DNA of 64,000 nucleotides from NCBI GenBank assembly GCA_965237675.1, contig OZ250150.1, positions 4,320,001 through 4,384,000 of the forward strand, in the 5' to 3' direction. Below the pieces are notes generated by a model. The model was given only the letters and a program-made list of their open reading frames with translations, ran no database searches and was not told the DNA's origin. A program made the position numbers and the translations under genes. Below, in pieces: positions 38,804 through 48,995 of this stretch (position 1 is its first letter; every line of letters begins with the position of its first letter). The DNA comes from Candidatus Latescibacterota bacterium (GTDB lineage: Bacteria; Latescibacterota; UBA2968; GCA-2709665).

Positions 38804-39550
38804 CTAAACCCCGTGAACGGCACTGGCAAACTCCCGTACCAGGGCGGGGTCCCGTTTGGCTTCGAGAATACTGCCCACCACCACATAGTCGGCGCCCGCT
38901 TGTACCTTCGCCCCGGCATCCTGGGGTCTCCGGATGCCGCCCCCCACAATCACCGGAATGGTGATATTTTCCGCGACGGCGGCGATCATTTCGTCGGACA
39001 CCGCCTGGTCGGCGCCACTTCCCGCATCCAGATAGACGCATTGCATGCCCAGGTACTGGGCGGCCAGCGCGTGCGCCGTTGCGATTTCCGGTTTGTCTCT
39101 GGGCATCGGTTTGGTATTGCTGATGTATTCCACGGTCGTCTGCCGCCCGGAATCCACCAGCATATACCCCGTTGAAATCGCCTCCAGACCGAATGCCTTG
39201 ACGATGGGCGCCGCTTTCACCTGCTGCCCGATCAGCAGGTCTGGATTTCGCCCGCTGATCATGGACAGAAAGAGAATGGCATCCGCGGCAGACGAAACCT
39301 GGTTGATATCCGGCCCGGGAAAAATCAGCACGGGAATCCCCACGGCCCGTTTGACCTCCCGGACGACCCGGTCAAAATCGGTATAGAGCAGAAGACTGCC
39401 CCCCAGCAACAGCGCGTCGGCCCCGCTTTCGGCACACATCGCTGCCGTATGGACCAGGTCCTGTTTGTCCATGCGATCGGGATCCAGAAGACACCAGAAT
39501 CCCGCGCCCCGCTGTCTGAGAACCGCTTTGAGGTGGTCGTACGTCGACAT
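38804..39550 (-). CDS. geranylgeranylglyceryl/heptaprenylglyceryl phosphate synthase (group II-like)
   Basis: LLDPD, LLGGS, FLSMISGRNPDLLIG, YLDAGSGA, VGGGIR. Confidence 0.9.
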   Translation of the reverse strand: MSTYDHLKAVLRQRGAGFWCLLDPDRMDKQDLVHTAAMCAESGADALLLGGSLLLYTDFDRVVREVKRAVGIPVLIFPGPDINQVSSAADAILFLSMISGRNPDLLIGQQVKAAPIVKAFGLEAISTGYMLVDSGRQTTVEYISNTKPMPRDKPEIATAHALAAQYLGMQCVYLDAGSGADQAVSDEMIAAVAENITIPVIVGGGIRRPQDAGAKVQAGADYVVVGSILEAKRDPALVREFASAVHGV

Positions 39551-39559
39551 AAATACGCT

Positions 39560-42181
39560 CTACCTTCCCAGTTGTGCCCGGACGATCTGTGGAACCCGGG
39601 CAAGCGCGTCGGACATCTTCTCCGGATGCCTGCCCCCGGCCTGTGCCAGATGGGGGCGTCCGCCGCCACCGCCGCCCACCAGTTCAGCTACCGCCTTAAC
39701 GATAGTTCCCGCCTGAACGCCCCGTTGGATGAGGTCGTCCGTTACCACTGCGATCAGGGAGGCTTTGCCGTTCATGGCCGCGCCGAGCACACCCACGCCC
39801 GACCCCAGGGCTTCACGGAGCCGGTCGCCCATATCCCGAAACGCCTCCATGTCCGCCGGCTGAACGGCGGTAGCCACCACCCGAACCCCATCCACGGTTA
39901 CGGCGTCGCCGGCCAGATCGCGCATCCGCTCCCCGGCCGATGCGCTCCGCAGCGATTGATTCGTCCGCTCGAGTTCCTTGCTTCGAGAGATCAATCGATC
40001 CACGCGATCGGGCAACACGTCGGCCTCGACGCTCAACATCTCCTCCAGCGTGGAGAGCGTGGACCGCTGCCTTGCGATCAGGGTCTCCACGCCGGCCGCG
40101 GTGACCGCTTCCACCCGCCGCACGCCGGCCGCCGTGCCCGTCTCCGCCGTCAGCTGGAGCATGCCGATCTGACCCGTCGATCCCACGTGCGTGCCGCCAC
40201 AAAGTTCCAGGCTGTAATCGCCCACCCGCACCGTACGCACCAACTCCCCGTATTTTTCGGAGAACAACATCCGGGCACCCATCCGACGCGCCTTCTCCAG
40301 GCCGACGGTATCGATTTCCACGGCGATATCCTGTCGGATCACCCGATTCACGATATGCGCGATCTTTTCCCGCTGGGCGGGTGAAACGGCTTCGAAGTGG
40401 TTGAAGTCGAACCGCAGTCGGTCCGGCGCGACCAGAGACCCGGCCTGGTTCACATGGTCTCCAAGCACCTGCCGGAGGGCCTCGTGGAGCAGATGGGTCG
40501 CCGTATGGTTGCAGGCGATATCCATCCGGCGCACGGGGTCGACCTGCGCCTGCACGCGCGCCGCGTCCAGTGCGTCGGCGCTTCCCCGCGAGAGACGCCC
40601 CCGGTGCACAATGCCCGCGCCCGACCGGAACGTATCCTCGACCTCAACCTCCAGATCCGCATTCCTGATCTGTCCCCTGTCGCCCACCTGCCCGCCGGAT
40701 TCGGCGTAAAACGGCGTCTCTTTCAGATATACGTCCACCCGCCCGTCGGCCGTGGATTTCCATGCCGCGACACGGGTGTCCAACGCCAGACACTCGTACC
40801 CGACAAATACGGAATGTTCGCGCGGAAGGAAATCGTCCGACACCGCCTCCTGGGACGCGAAGACCCGCCGCCCTGCCTCGCGCGAGCGCGCCTGCTGGTC
40901 GGCCATCTCACGTTCAAACCCGTCCAGGTCCACCTCCAGCCCGCGCTCGGCGCCCATCAGCTGGGTGAGATCGATGGGAAATCCGTAGGTGTCATATAGA
41001 CGAAACGCATCCCGGCCAGAGACTTTCCCCTTCCCGGATACGACCTCGAACATTTCCAGCCCCCGGTCGAGCGTCTTCCCAAACCCTTCTTCTTCGGACC
41101 GGATGACCCTGGAAATGTGATCGGCCTGTTCTTCCACCTCGGGGAAGACACCGCCCATGACCCGTGCGACAACAGGCACCAGCCCGTGAATGAACGGATC
41201 GTGCAATCCCAGGGTACGCCCGTAACGCGCCGCGCGCCTCAAGATACGCCGCAGCACATACCCGCGCCCCTCGTTGGATGGCAGTACCCCGTCCGCTATT
41301 GCAAAACAGAGTGTGCGGATATGGTCGGCGATGACCCGCATGGCCACCCGATGTTCATCGTCGTACGGTTTCGCGGCGACCTCGCCGATCGCGGCAAGAA
41401 TGGGCTGGAACAGATCGGTATCGTATGTGGAATCCACCCCCTGGAGCACGGTACAGATGCGCTCGAACCCCATTCCGGTGTCTACGTGTTTATCGGGCAA
41501 CGGATGAAGCGTGCCTTCGGTATCCCGGTTGAACTGGATGAATACCAGGTTCCAGATTTCAACCACATCCGGCCCGTCCAGGTCCGGGGCCTCGCGGAAC
41601 CACGACGCCGGATCGTCTCCCAGGTAGTAATGCACCTCCGAGCAGGGGCCGCACGGCCCGGTTTCGCCCATCTGCCAGAAGTTATCGGCCTTGCCGAGCC
41701 GAAAAACCCGTTCCGCCGGCAAGTCGGTCACCTCCGTCCACAACGCTTCCGCCTCCTCATCCACGGCCAGACCGTCCGCGGCGTCTCCGCCAAACACAGT
41801 GGCGCAAAGTCGATCTTTGGGAAGCTTCCAGACCTCGGTTAGCAACTCCCAGGCCCAGGCGATGGCCTCCCGCTTGAAATAATCTCCGAATGACCAGTTG
41901 CCCAGCATCTCGAAAAACGTATGATGCTGTGAACTGAAACCCACCTCCTCCAGGTCGTTGTGATGCCCCGATACGCGGATGCATTTTTGCGTATCCACCG
42001 CCCTGCTGTAATCGCGCCGGCCCGTACCCAGAAACACGTCTTTGAATTGGTTCATCCCCGCATTGGTAAACAGCAGGGTGGCATCGCCGTGCGGCGCCAC
42101 CGGCGCGCTCGGAACAACCGTATGCCCCTTACGCTCAAAGAACCGCAAATAGTCCGTCCGTATATCGGCCGAAGATTTCAT
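39560..42181 (-). CDS. alaS: alanine--tRNA ligase
   Basis: FTNAGMNQFK, HHTFFEMLGNWSFGDYFK, HTATHLL, ELCGGTH, GGGGG. Confidence 0.98.
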   Translation of the reverse strand: MKSSADIRTDYLRFFERKGHTVVPSAPVAPHGDATLLFTNAGMNQFKDVFLGTGRRDYSRAVDTQKCIRVSGHHNDLEEVGFSSQHHTFFEMLGNWSFGDYFKREAIAWAWELLTEVWKLPKDRLCATVFGGDAADGLAVDEEAEALWTEVTDLPAERVFRLGKADNFWQMGETGPCGPCSEVHYYLGDDPASWFREAPDLDGPDVVEIWNLVFIQFNRDTEGTLHPLPDKHVDTGMGFERICTVLQGVDSTYDTDLFQPILAAIGEVAAKPYDDEHRVAMRVIADHIRTLCFAIADGVLPSNEGRGYVLRRILRRAARYGRTLGLHDPFIHGLVPVVARVMGGVFPEVEEQADHISRVIRSEEEGFGKTLDRGLEMFEVVSGKGKVSGRDAFRLYDTYGFPIDLTQLMGAERGLEVDLDGFEREMADQQARSREAGRRVFASQEAVSDDFLPREHSVFVGYECLALDTRVAAWKSTADGRVDVYLKETPFYAESGGQVGDRGQIRNADLEVEVEDTFRSGAGIVHRGRLSRGSADALDAARVQAQVDPVRRMDIACNHTATHLLHEALRQVLGDHVNQAGSLVAPDRLRFDFNHFEAVSPAQREKIAHIVNRVIRQDIAVEIDTVGLEKARRMGARMLFSEKYGELVRTVRVGDYSLELCGGTHVGSTGQIGMLQLTAETGTAAGVRRVEAVTAAGVETLIARQRSTLSTLEEMLSVEADVLPDRVDRLISRSKELERTNQSLRSASAGERMRDLAGDAVTVDGVRVVATAVQPADMEAFRDMGDRLREALGSGVGVLGAAMNGKASLIAVVTDDLIQRGVQAGTIVKAVAELVGGGGGGRPHLAQAGGRHPEKMSDALARVPQIVRAQLGR

Positions 42182-42324
42182 CGTTCGAAATGGCATTGAT
42201 AAAGGCGCACAACAATCGCGGCGGCCGGTTAAGGATCGGGAACCGCGCGCGTTCGATTCAGATGCTGATAGACCGGGACAACGACCGCGCCCTCACACAA
42301 CGGAAGGGCGGCGCACCGGATGTT

Positions 42325-42951
42325 CTACCCACGTTCCCGGCTCATGCATTCCGGGTCTGCATGGTTTCCGCTTTCACGAAACTCCAGCCACGCCCGCTCC
42401 GCCGCCGACTGCGCCACGGCCGCGAATCCGCGACGCCCGAGGAATCCGTACATTCGAGAAAGCGCCTTCCGCCGGTCGACGCCGTCGTATTGCCTGCGGC
42501 GCGACCTGAGAAGATCTAGGGCGACGGCCTCGACGTCCACGCCGTGAAACGCCTCATCCAGCGCATTCTCCCCGGTTTCGGGGTCGATTCCGCGTTTCTT
42601 CAGGTCGTGCGCGAGCAACGCCCGGCCGGCGGGTCGACGACGCATGCGTTCCTGTACAAAGCGGCGGGCGAAATCCCGATCGTCGACCAGCTTCAGCCTC
42701 CGCAACACATCCATGGTCTGATCGACCACAGATTCCTGAAACCCCCGCCGGCGCAGTCTTTCTTCAACTTCCCTGTGCGAATACGCACGCGCGCTCAACA
42801 GTCGAAACGCTGCGTTCTTCGCCTTTTCGACGGTCGCATGGAGATCCGATGCCGGCGCCGAACGGGTGTTCGGTTTCATGTGCAGCACCTCGATGACACC
42901 AAACCGCGGCCCTCCCGGATTGCCCGCAGAGACGACCTGTTTCCGAGACAT
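42325..42951 (-). CDS. recX: regulatory protein RecX (start may be further downstream)
   Basis: AFRLLSARAYS..E..RL, LVDDRDFA, FLGRRGF; between recA and alaS. Confidence 0.88.
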   Translation of the reverse strand: MSRKQVVSAGNPGGPRFGVIEVLHMKPNTRSAPASDLHATVEKAKNAAFRLLSARAYSHREVEERLRRRGFQESVVDQTMDVLRRLKLVDDRDFARRFVQERMRRRPAGRALLAHDLKKRGIDPETGENALDEAFHGVDVEAVALDLLRSRRRQYDGVDRRKALSRMYGFLGRRGFAAVAQSAAERAWLEFRESGNHADPECMSRERG

Positions 42952-42957
42952 CCCCTT

Positions 42958-44025
42958 CTACGTGCGCGGGTTTCCCTGTGTGTCTTCGCCTTTGTCGGCC
43001 GCCTCCGGCGTACCGTTGTCCGACAGGCCCACGGCCTCCCGCACCCGGGCCTCGATCTGTGTGGCAAGCTCCGGATGTTCCTTCAAATGGTTCTTTACGT
43101 TTTCCCGCCCTTGCCCCAGACGATCGCTTCCGTAGGAAAACCAGGTTCCGCTCTTGCTGACAATACCGTGAAGTTCGGCAATGTCGAGAAGGCTGCCCTC
43201 TCTTGAGATGCCCTCTCCGAACATCAGATCGAACTCCGCCTCTTTGAACGGCGCCGCCATCTTGTTCTTGACCACCCTGACACGAACCCGGTTGCCCGTG
43301 ACTTCCTGGCCGTCTTTAATGGCTCCGATTCGACGGATATCCATTCGTACTGACGCGTAGAACTTGAGCGCATTTCCGCCCGAGGTGGTTTCCGGATTGC
43401 CGAACATGACGCCGATCTTCATTCGGATCTGGTTCGTGAACATCACACACGTCTTGGACCGGCTGATCGAACCGGAAAGCTTCCGCAGCGCCTGAGACAT
43501 CAGCCGCGCCTGCAATCCCACGTGGGAATCGCCCATGTCCCCTTCCAGTTCCGCGCGCGGCACTAGCGCCGCCACCGAGTCGACCGCCACCGCGTCGAAT
43601 GCGCCGCTGCGCACGAGCGTGTCGGTAATTTCCAGGGCCTCTTCGCCGGTATCGGGCTGGGAAATGAGCAGTTTTTCCAGGTCGACCCCAATCCGCTCGG
43701 CAAGCTCTACATTGAGCGCGTGCTCCGCATCGACAAACGCGCACGTTCCGCCCGTCCGCTGTGCCTCCGCGATGACGTGCAGAGTCAGCGTTGTTTTTCC
43801 GGATCCTTCGGGACCGTAAATTTCGACGACGCGGCCACGCGGCACCCCGCCCGCACCGAGGGCGACATCCAGCGCCAACGCTCCGGTCGGGATCACTTCG
43901 ATGGGCACCCGTCCACCCTCCTCGCCACCCAGGCGCATGATGGAACCCTTGCCGAACTGCTTTTCAATTTGAGAGATGGCCAGATCGATGGCCTTCTCTT
44001 TACCGACGACGTTGCGTTTCGCCAT
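42958..44025 (-). CDS. recA: recombinase RecA
   Basis: [38 protein letters not shown]. Confidence 0.99.
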   Translation of the reverse strand: MAKRNVVGKEKAIDLAISQIEKQFGKGSIMRLGGEEGGRVPIEVIPTGALALDVALGAGGVPRGRVVEIYGPEGSGKTTLTLHVIAEAQRTGGTCAFVDAEHALNVELAERIGVDLEKLLISQPDTGEEALEITDTLVRSGAFDAVAVDSVAALVPRAELEGDMGDSHVGLQARLMSQALRKLSGSISRSKTCVMFTNQIRMKIGVMFGNPETTSGGNALKFYASVRMDIRRIGAIKDGQEVTGNRVRVRVVKNKMAAPFKEAEFDLMFGEGISREGSLLDIAELHGIVSKSGTWFSYGSDRLGQGRENVKNHLKEHPELATQIEARVREAVGLSDNGTPEAADKGEDTQGNPRT

Positions 44026-44135
44026 TGCATTGCCCCTCCTGAAACGAAATTGACTGTACTTACCTATCGGATCACGGCGCAGCCCACGGCCGGTGAGGAG
44101 CCCGATTCTCTGCGCCGCAACATGTGTCGTCGTTA

Positions 44136-44164
44136 AATATAGTGAACATTTGTATATTAATCAA
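44136..44164 (-). promoter_or_regulatory. sigma70 promoter of recA with a possible LexA box in the spacer
   Basis: Minus strand TTGATT-17 bp-TATATT; the spacer contains GAAC-ATTT-GTAT (44144-44155). Confidence 0.55.
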
Positions 44165-44297
44165 TGCCAATTTTTCGTGACAATCCACGAAAAAAGACGG
44201 AGAGAGCGTCTGTTATCGAAAAATATAATATATCCGCAGTCCATCACGAAGTCAAGCACTCCCCGGTTCGCGAACGACTCCCCCGGAGACCGGTTGT

Positions 44298-44879
44298 TCA
44301 AGGGCCCGATCCACGCGGTTTCCGTGACCCGGAAAGATCCGCATGACCCAGCACGTTGTAGACGGCGCCGCCCGGCCGCAGGTCACTGCTGTACAACGCC
44401 AGCCGGTCCACCGTCAGATGCGCCGCCTCGACAGCTCCCGTCAATCCGGCGGGCAGGCGAACGGCGTTTCTTCTGGCGCGTGCAAGCGTCACGTGCGGAT
44501 GAAACCGCCTGGTCTCTCTCTCAAACCCCATCCCGCACATCGCGTCGTCCAGGTCTGCCCGCAGCCTGCCCAGAATCCCGGTCTCTCCCCCCACGCCCAG
44601 CCAGATGACCCTCGCCCGAGCCGGGTTCGGCGCTCCCACATCCGTGGTGCGCAGTGCCATCGGCGGCGTCCGCCCGGCCACCGTACGCACGGTCTCCAGA
44701 ATGTGCGGCACGGCCGTGAATTCCACGTCTCCCAGAAACTTCAGGGTGATATGAATGCCCTCGGGCCGCACCCATCGTACCCTTGCATCCAGATCGGCAA
44801 GGCATCTTCTGGCAGCCTCGTACGCGGGGATCACCGCCACGGGAAGTTCAGCGGCCACAAATGCGCGAAGAGTCGCCAT
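44298..44879 (-). CDS. thpR: RNA 2',3'-cyclic phosphodiesterase
   Basis: Two HxT motifs (HITLKFLG, PHVTLAR); upstream of recA. Confidence 0.92.
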   Translation of the reverse strand: MATLRAFVAAELPVAVIPAYEAARRCLADLDARVRWVRPEGIHITLKFLGDVEFTAVPHILETVRTVAGRTPPMALRTTDVGAPNPARARVIWLGVGGETGILGRLRADLDDAMCGMGFERETRRFHPHVTLARARRNAVRLPAGLTGAVEAAHLTVDRLALYSSDLRPGGAVYNVLGHADLSGSRKPRGSGP

Positions 44880-44880
44880 C

Positions 44881-45000
44881 CAGTGTCCCGTCCCAGAAAT
44901 ATGTTACCATTCATCCCTGTCTGCGTGCGTGAGGCAGCACGCACAGGCAGGCGACTCGGCGGCCGAATTCCGGCAATCTATTTCCGGGACAGAACACTAG
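44881..45000. mobile_element. MITE-like element, copy 3, with an internal palindromic repeat
   Basis: CAGTGTCCCGTCCCAGAAATATGTTACCATTC...TATTTCCGGGACAGAACACTAG; internal CCTGTCTGCGTGC...GCACGCACAGGCAGG. Confidence 0.7.
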
Positions 45001-45458
45001 CCGCTCCACCAGGCCAGCCCCACACGAAGCAGAAGATTTCCGTATACCCCCGCGATCACATCGTCCATCACCACGCCCCACCCACCGGGCAACTTTTCCG
45101 CCGCCCGGGCCGGCTGCGGCTTTAAAATATCCAGTACACGAAAAATAAAAAATCCGGCAACCCCCACACCGAACGACAGCGGCAGGAAAGCTACCGTGAT
45201 ATAAAACCCCACAAACTCGTCGATGACAACCGGTCCGGGATCCTGACCCCAGACCGTTTCTCCCGCGGAGGCCGTATAAACCGCCACCGGAAAAATCAGT
45301 GCCAGAACCAGACACCACGCCAGATTCCCGAACCCCGGCGTCAGGTAACAGGCCGCGAGGTACGGAACCATCGCCGCGGCCGTGCCCGCCGTGCCCGGCG
45401 CAACCCGGGCGTATCCGGAAAAAAATCCGGTGGCGAGCAGCCGGGTCCACAGATTCAA
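44997..45458 (-). CDS. pgpA: phosphatidylglycerophosphatase A
   Basis: APGTAGT, DPGPVVIDEFVG, FRVLDILKP, VMDDVIAG. Confidence 0.93.
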   Translation of the reverse strand: MNLWTRLLATGFFSGYARVAPGTAGTAAAMVPYLAACYLTPGFGNLAWCLVLALIFPVAVYTASAGETVWGQDPGPVVIDEFVGFYITVAFLPLSFGVGVAGFFIFRVLDILKPQPARAAEKLPGGWGVVMDDVIAGVYGNLLLRVGLAWWSG

Positions 45459-45481
45459 GACAGCGGCCTCCGATCCCCCGT

Positions 45482-46132
45482 TCAGGCCTGGTCCCGGCTA
45501 TGTTCCACCAGATAGAAAACACCCGACACGACCGCCAGCAGGGTAACCGCCGCCACCAGGACATTCAACACCATCTGCGACCCGGTATCCACCAGCACCA
45601 GGGGTTGAGAGGTCAACTCCGCGGTGATCACGCGCACGTTGATAAAGACCAGGATGCCGAAAGCCAGCACGAGTTGCAGCATGGTCTTCCATTTCGCCAG
45701 CCGGGATGTGACCACCGGCCGTCCTTTCCGGAGTGCATACACCCGCAGGCACGTGATCACGGCATCCCGGATCAACATGGCGCCCACGAGCCACGCCTCG
45801 ACCATCCCCAGGAGCACGAAGGAAATCAGCGCGGAGGAGACCAGGAGCTTGTCGGCCAGCGGATCCATGAACCGTCCCAGGCTGGTCACCGTCTTGTCGC
45901 GCCGAGCGATCCAGCCGTCGAAGAAATCGGTCAGCGACGCCACGGTGAACACCAGCAGCGCCAGGATCTTGTTGAATCCGCTGTCCGAAAAAATAAGCGC
46001 CAGGAAGACGGGGGTGAGAACAATTCTCAGGCCTGTCAGGATATTCGGGAATGTGACCATTCGGTCGGCGGGCTGCGGCTTGGGCAGCCGGATCCCCTGC
46101 GGCCTGCCGCGGAGTGTGTCGGTACGGTTCAT
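45482..46132 (-). CDS. pgsA: CDP-diacylglycerol--glycerol-3-phosphate 3-phosphatidyltransferase
   Basis: PNILTGLR, TDFFDGWIAR...G..MDPLADK. Confidence 0.9.
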   Translation of the reverse strand: MNRTDTLRGRPQGIRLPKPQPADRMVTFPNILTGLRIVLTPVFLALIFSDSGFNKILALLVFTVASLTDFFDGWIARRDKTVTSLGRFMDPLADKLLVSSALISFVLLGMVEAWLVGAMLIRDAVITCLRVYALRKGRPVVTSRLAKWKTMLQLVLAFGILVFINVRVITAELTSQPLVLVDTGSQMVLNVLVAAVTLLAVVSGVFYLVEHSRDQA

Positions 46133-46722
46133 AGTTCTCTGCGTCCATCCAACGCCCGGGCCAGCGTGACCTGATCCGCGAGGGCGAGGTCGCTGCCCAC
46201 GGGCAGACCCCGTGCGATCTGCGTTACGGTCACGTCGTGCGTTCCCATGATCTGTTTGAGGTACTGCGCGGTTGCGTCGCCCTCGACGGTGGGCCCGTTC
46301 GCCAGAATCACCTCGCGAATCCCGCCGCCGTTCAGCCGCGCCACCAGGGACTGAATGTTCAGTTCGTCCGGCCCGATACCGTCCAGTGGTGAAATCCGCC
46401 CACCCAGGACGTGATACAGGCCGCGATAGGCATGCATCCGTTCCATTGCCAGCAGGTCGCCCACGTAATCGACCACCATCACCTGAGACCGGTCCCGGCG
46501 TTCATCCCGGCAGATCGGACATGGTTCGCTCTCCGACAGGTTGTAACAGGAAGCGCACGCCCGGACGCGGGTTTTTACCTCCACCATCATTTCGGCCAGC
46601 GCGCGCACGTCCTTGGTCTTCCAGGTCAGGACGTCCAGTGCGATTCGCCGCGCGGACTTTTCGCCGATACCCGGCAGCCTTCCCAATCCGGCCACCAGCC
46701 GATCAATGGCATCCGAAGCCAT
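46129..46722 (-). CDS. recR: recombination protein RecR
   Basis: LPGIGEKSARR, C4 zinc finger, YHVLGGRISPLDGIGP, EGDATA. Confidence 0.96.
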   Translation of the reverse strand: MASDAIDRLVAGLGRLPGIGEKSARRIALDVLTWKTKDVRALAEMMVEVKTRVRACASCYNLSESEPCPICRDERRDRSQVMVVDYVGDLLAMERMHAYRGLYHVLGGRISPLDGIGPDELNIQSLVARLNGGGIREVILANGPTVEGDATAQYLKQIMGTHDVTVTQIARGLPVGSDLALADQVTLARALDGRREL

Positions 46723-46872
46723 CCAGATCCTCCTCAAATACGGACATCCGGATCCCTGCGCTTCGTGCCGGCGCAGACGCCGCACTGTAATTGCGGGTCC
46801 GGGTGACCCGCGACGGGCCGAGTGAGACGCTCGGCCGCAGGGTTATCCGGCACTTCAAGCGATCTACAGGTC

Positions 46873-47196
46873 TTATATGCCCAGATTGGCACCCGGCGGC
46901 AACATACCGGCCGTTGCCTTCTGCATTTCCCGGTCGGCCACCTCCTGCGCCTTCTCCCGGGCCTGCTGTATGGCAGCCATAATCAGATCTTCCAACATCT
47001 CCACGTCTTCGGGGTCCACCACCTCCGGGTCGATCCTGATGCCCACGATCTGCTGCTGCCCGTTGGCCCGCGCCACTACCATGCCTCCGCCCGAAGATCC
47101 CTCCACCTCCTTGGACGCAAGGTCCTCCTGCACCTTCGCCAGCTTCGCCTGAAGCCTCTGGGCCTGCTTCATCATTCCAGCCATGCCCTTTGCCAT
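46873..47196 (-). CDS. ybaB: YbaB/EbfC nucleoid-associated protein
   Basis: MMKQAQ, GSSGGGMV, EMLEDLIMAA; between dnaX and recR. Confidence 0.93.
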   Translation of the reverse strand: MAKGMAGMMKQAQRLQAKLAKVQEDLASKEVEGSSGGGMVVARANGQQQIVGIRIDPEVVDPEDVEMLEDLIMAAIQQAREKAQEVADREMQKATAGMLPPGANLGI

Positions 47197-47216
47197 TGCG
47201 TCCTCCCCGCGTCGTG

Positions 47217-48923
47217 TCAGCGCCGTACAACCTCGCCATCGAAAATATCGATTGCCATCTGGACGCGTTCGTCGGACGCCGCACCGTCGTCTCGCTGCGC
47301 CGGGCCGCCGCCGTCGTCCTGGTCGAATTCACACCGGATGCGCAGAGAAACGCCGAATACATCGGTCGTCACCACCTCCAGAAACTCCCTGTTGCGCCTG
47401 ACCTGTTTCGCGTGAAACGTATTTCCCGCCTTGAAGACCAGATCCAGCCGCCGGTCTTTCAGCGCCACCGGCTCGGCCTCCGCCAGAAACGGCCCCAGAC
47501 CCGGCCTCTGCGTCTTCACCTTCTCAACAAGGTTCGGCCATTTCGCCCGTACCGCGTCCAGCGTCAGGCCGTCGCCGCGGGGCTGTTCCGGTTCCGATGG
47601 CGTCGGCGCGGCAGGGACCTCCCGGGCGTTGGCTTCAGGAGGCGCTGTCCCGGTGTTGACGGCGGACGGTGCCGAGGGTTTTTCAGGGGCCGGCCGGGCC
47701 GGCGCGCGGGGTTCGCCGCGCACGGCATCGGGCGGGGGCGGCGGGTGCCGCGGATTCTCCGAAGGCGCGGCCTTCCCGCTCCGCAACATGCTTTCCAACC
47801 GGTCCAGCCGGGCCATCACCTCGTGGACCGCCTCCGAGGGCGCCATGTTCACGAGCTTCAGCACGGTCAGTTCCAACCAGAACCGTGGATTTGAAACCCG
47901 GCCCAACTGTGCTTCCAGATCCGTAACCGCCTGCAACATGCGCAGGAGATCCACCTCCTGAAATCGCGCGGCCGTCTCCTTGTATCGCGCCTGGTCGGCC
48001 GCGGACAGATCGGCGCCGGGCAGACCTTCCGACACGCACGCCACCAGCAGGTGCCGCACGTGTTCCAACAACCCCTGGGTGAACTCGCCGGCATCCCCGC
48101 CTCCATCCAGCACCCGTTCGAGCGCGCGCAGCGCCGTGGCCCCGTCTGAATCGAGAAAAGCCTGCGTCAGTTCGAAATAGAGATCGGTGGGAACGACGCC
48201 CAGCAGTTCCCGGACCGCGCCCGCGGAAACCGACCCATCCGAATACGCGATGGCCTGGTCCAGCAGATTCTCCGCGTCGCGCAGCGCGCCGTCGGCCTTG
48301 CGCCCCAGCAAAAACAGGGCGTCGTCTTCCGCTTCGATCTTGTCCGCCTGCAGGATCTTCCGGAGTTGGCCGACAATGGCGTCGGTGGATATCCGCCTGA
48401 AATTGTATCGCTGGCACCGGGAGAGAATCGTTTCCGGCATCCGGTGGGGTTCGGTGGTGGCCAACACGAACACCACGTGGGGCGGCGGCTCCTCCAGCGT
48501 TTTCAGCAGCGCGTTGAAGGCCTCCGCCGTGAGCATGTGCACTTCGTCTATAATGTAGACCTTGCGCTTGCCCTTGGACGCCGCGTAGCCCACCTCTTCA
48601 CGCAACTGACGGATCTCATCGATGCCCCGGTTGGACGCCGCGTCGATCTCCAGAACGTCCATGCTCCTGTTGTCGGCAATTGACGCGCAGTAGCCACACG
48701 TGCCGCACGGCTCCGGCGTGGGCCCCTGTTCACAGTTGAACGCCTTGGCCAGCAGCCGGGCCATCGTTGTTTTGCCCGTTCCCCTGGGACCGCAGAACAG
48801 ATAGGCCTGGACGACGCGCCCCGAACGGATGGCGTTCTGTAACGTCTGAACGACGTGGTCCTGTGCAACCACATCCTGAAACACGTTGGGTCGCCACTTG
48901 CGGGCGATCACACGATAGGCCAT
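47217..48923 (-). CDS. dnaX: DNA polymerase III subunit gamma/tau
   Basis: ARKWRP, GPRGTGKTT, EIDAASN, IIDEVHML, SRCQ; Pro-rich linker. Confidence 0.97.
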   Translation of the reverse strand: MAYRVIARKWRPNVFQDVVAQDHVVQTLQNAIRSGRVVQAYLFCGPRGTGKTTMARLLAKAFNCEQGPTPEPCGTCGYCASIADNRSMDVLEIDAASNRGIDEIRQLREEVGYAASKGKRKVYIIDEVHMLTAEAFNALLKTLEEPPPHVVFVLATTEPHRMPETILSRCQRYNFRRISTDAIVGQLRKILQADKIEAEDDALFLLGRKADGALRDAENLLDQAIAYSDGSVSAGAVRELLGVVPTDLYFELTQAFLDSDGATALRALERVLDGGGDAGEFTQGLLEHVRHLLVACVSEGLPGADLSAADQARYKETAARFQEVDLLRMLQAVTDLEAQLGRVSNPRFWLELTVLKLVNMAPSEAVHEVMARLDRLESMLRSGKAAPSENPRHPPPPPDAVRGEPRAPARPAPEKPSAPSAVNTGTAPPEANAREVPAAPTPSEPEQPRGDGLTLDAVRAKWPNLVEKVKTQRPGLGPFLAEAEPVALKDRRLDLVFKAGNTFHAKQVRRNREFLEVVTTDVFGVSLRIRCEFDQDDGGGPAQRDDGAASDERVQMAIDIFDGEVVRR

Positions 48924-48995
48924 ATAGGACCAGCCTCTCACCCATTCATCCGGCACGCGCGAACTTGGATAACGATCTAGGAAGGAACATTAAAC

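Noticed and set aside
47217-48923. Programmed frameshift in dnaX
   Set aside because: No A AAA AAG or long homopolymer slippery site seen; the ORF is continuous.
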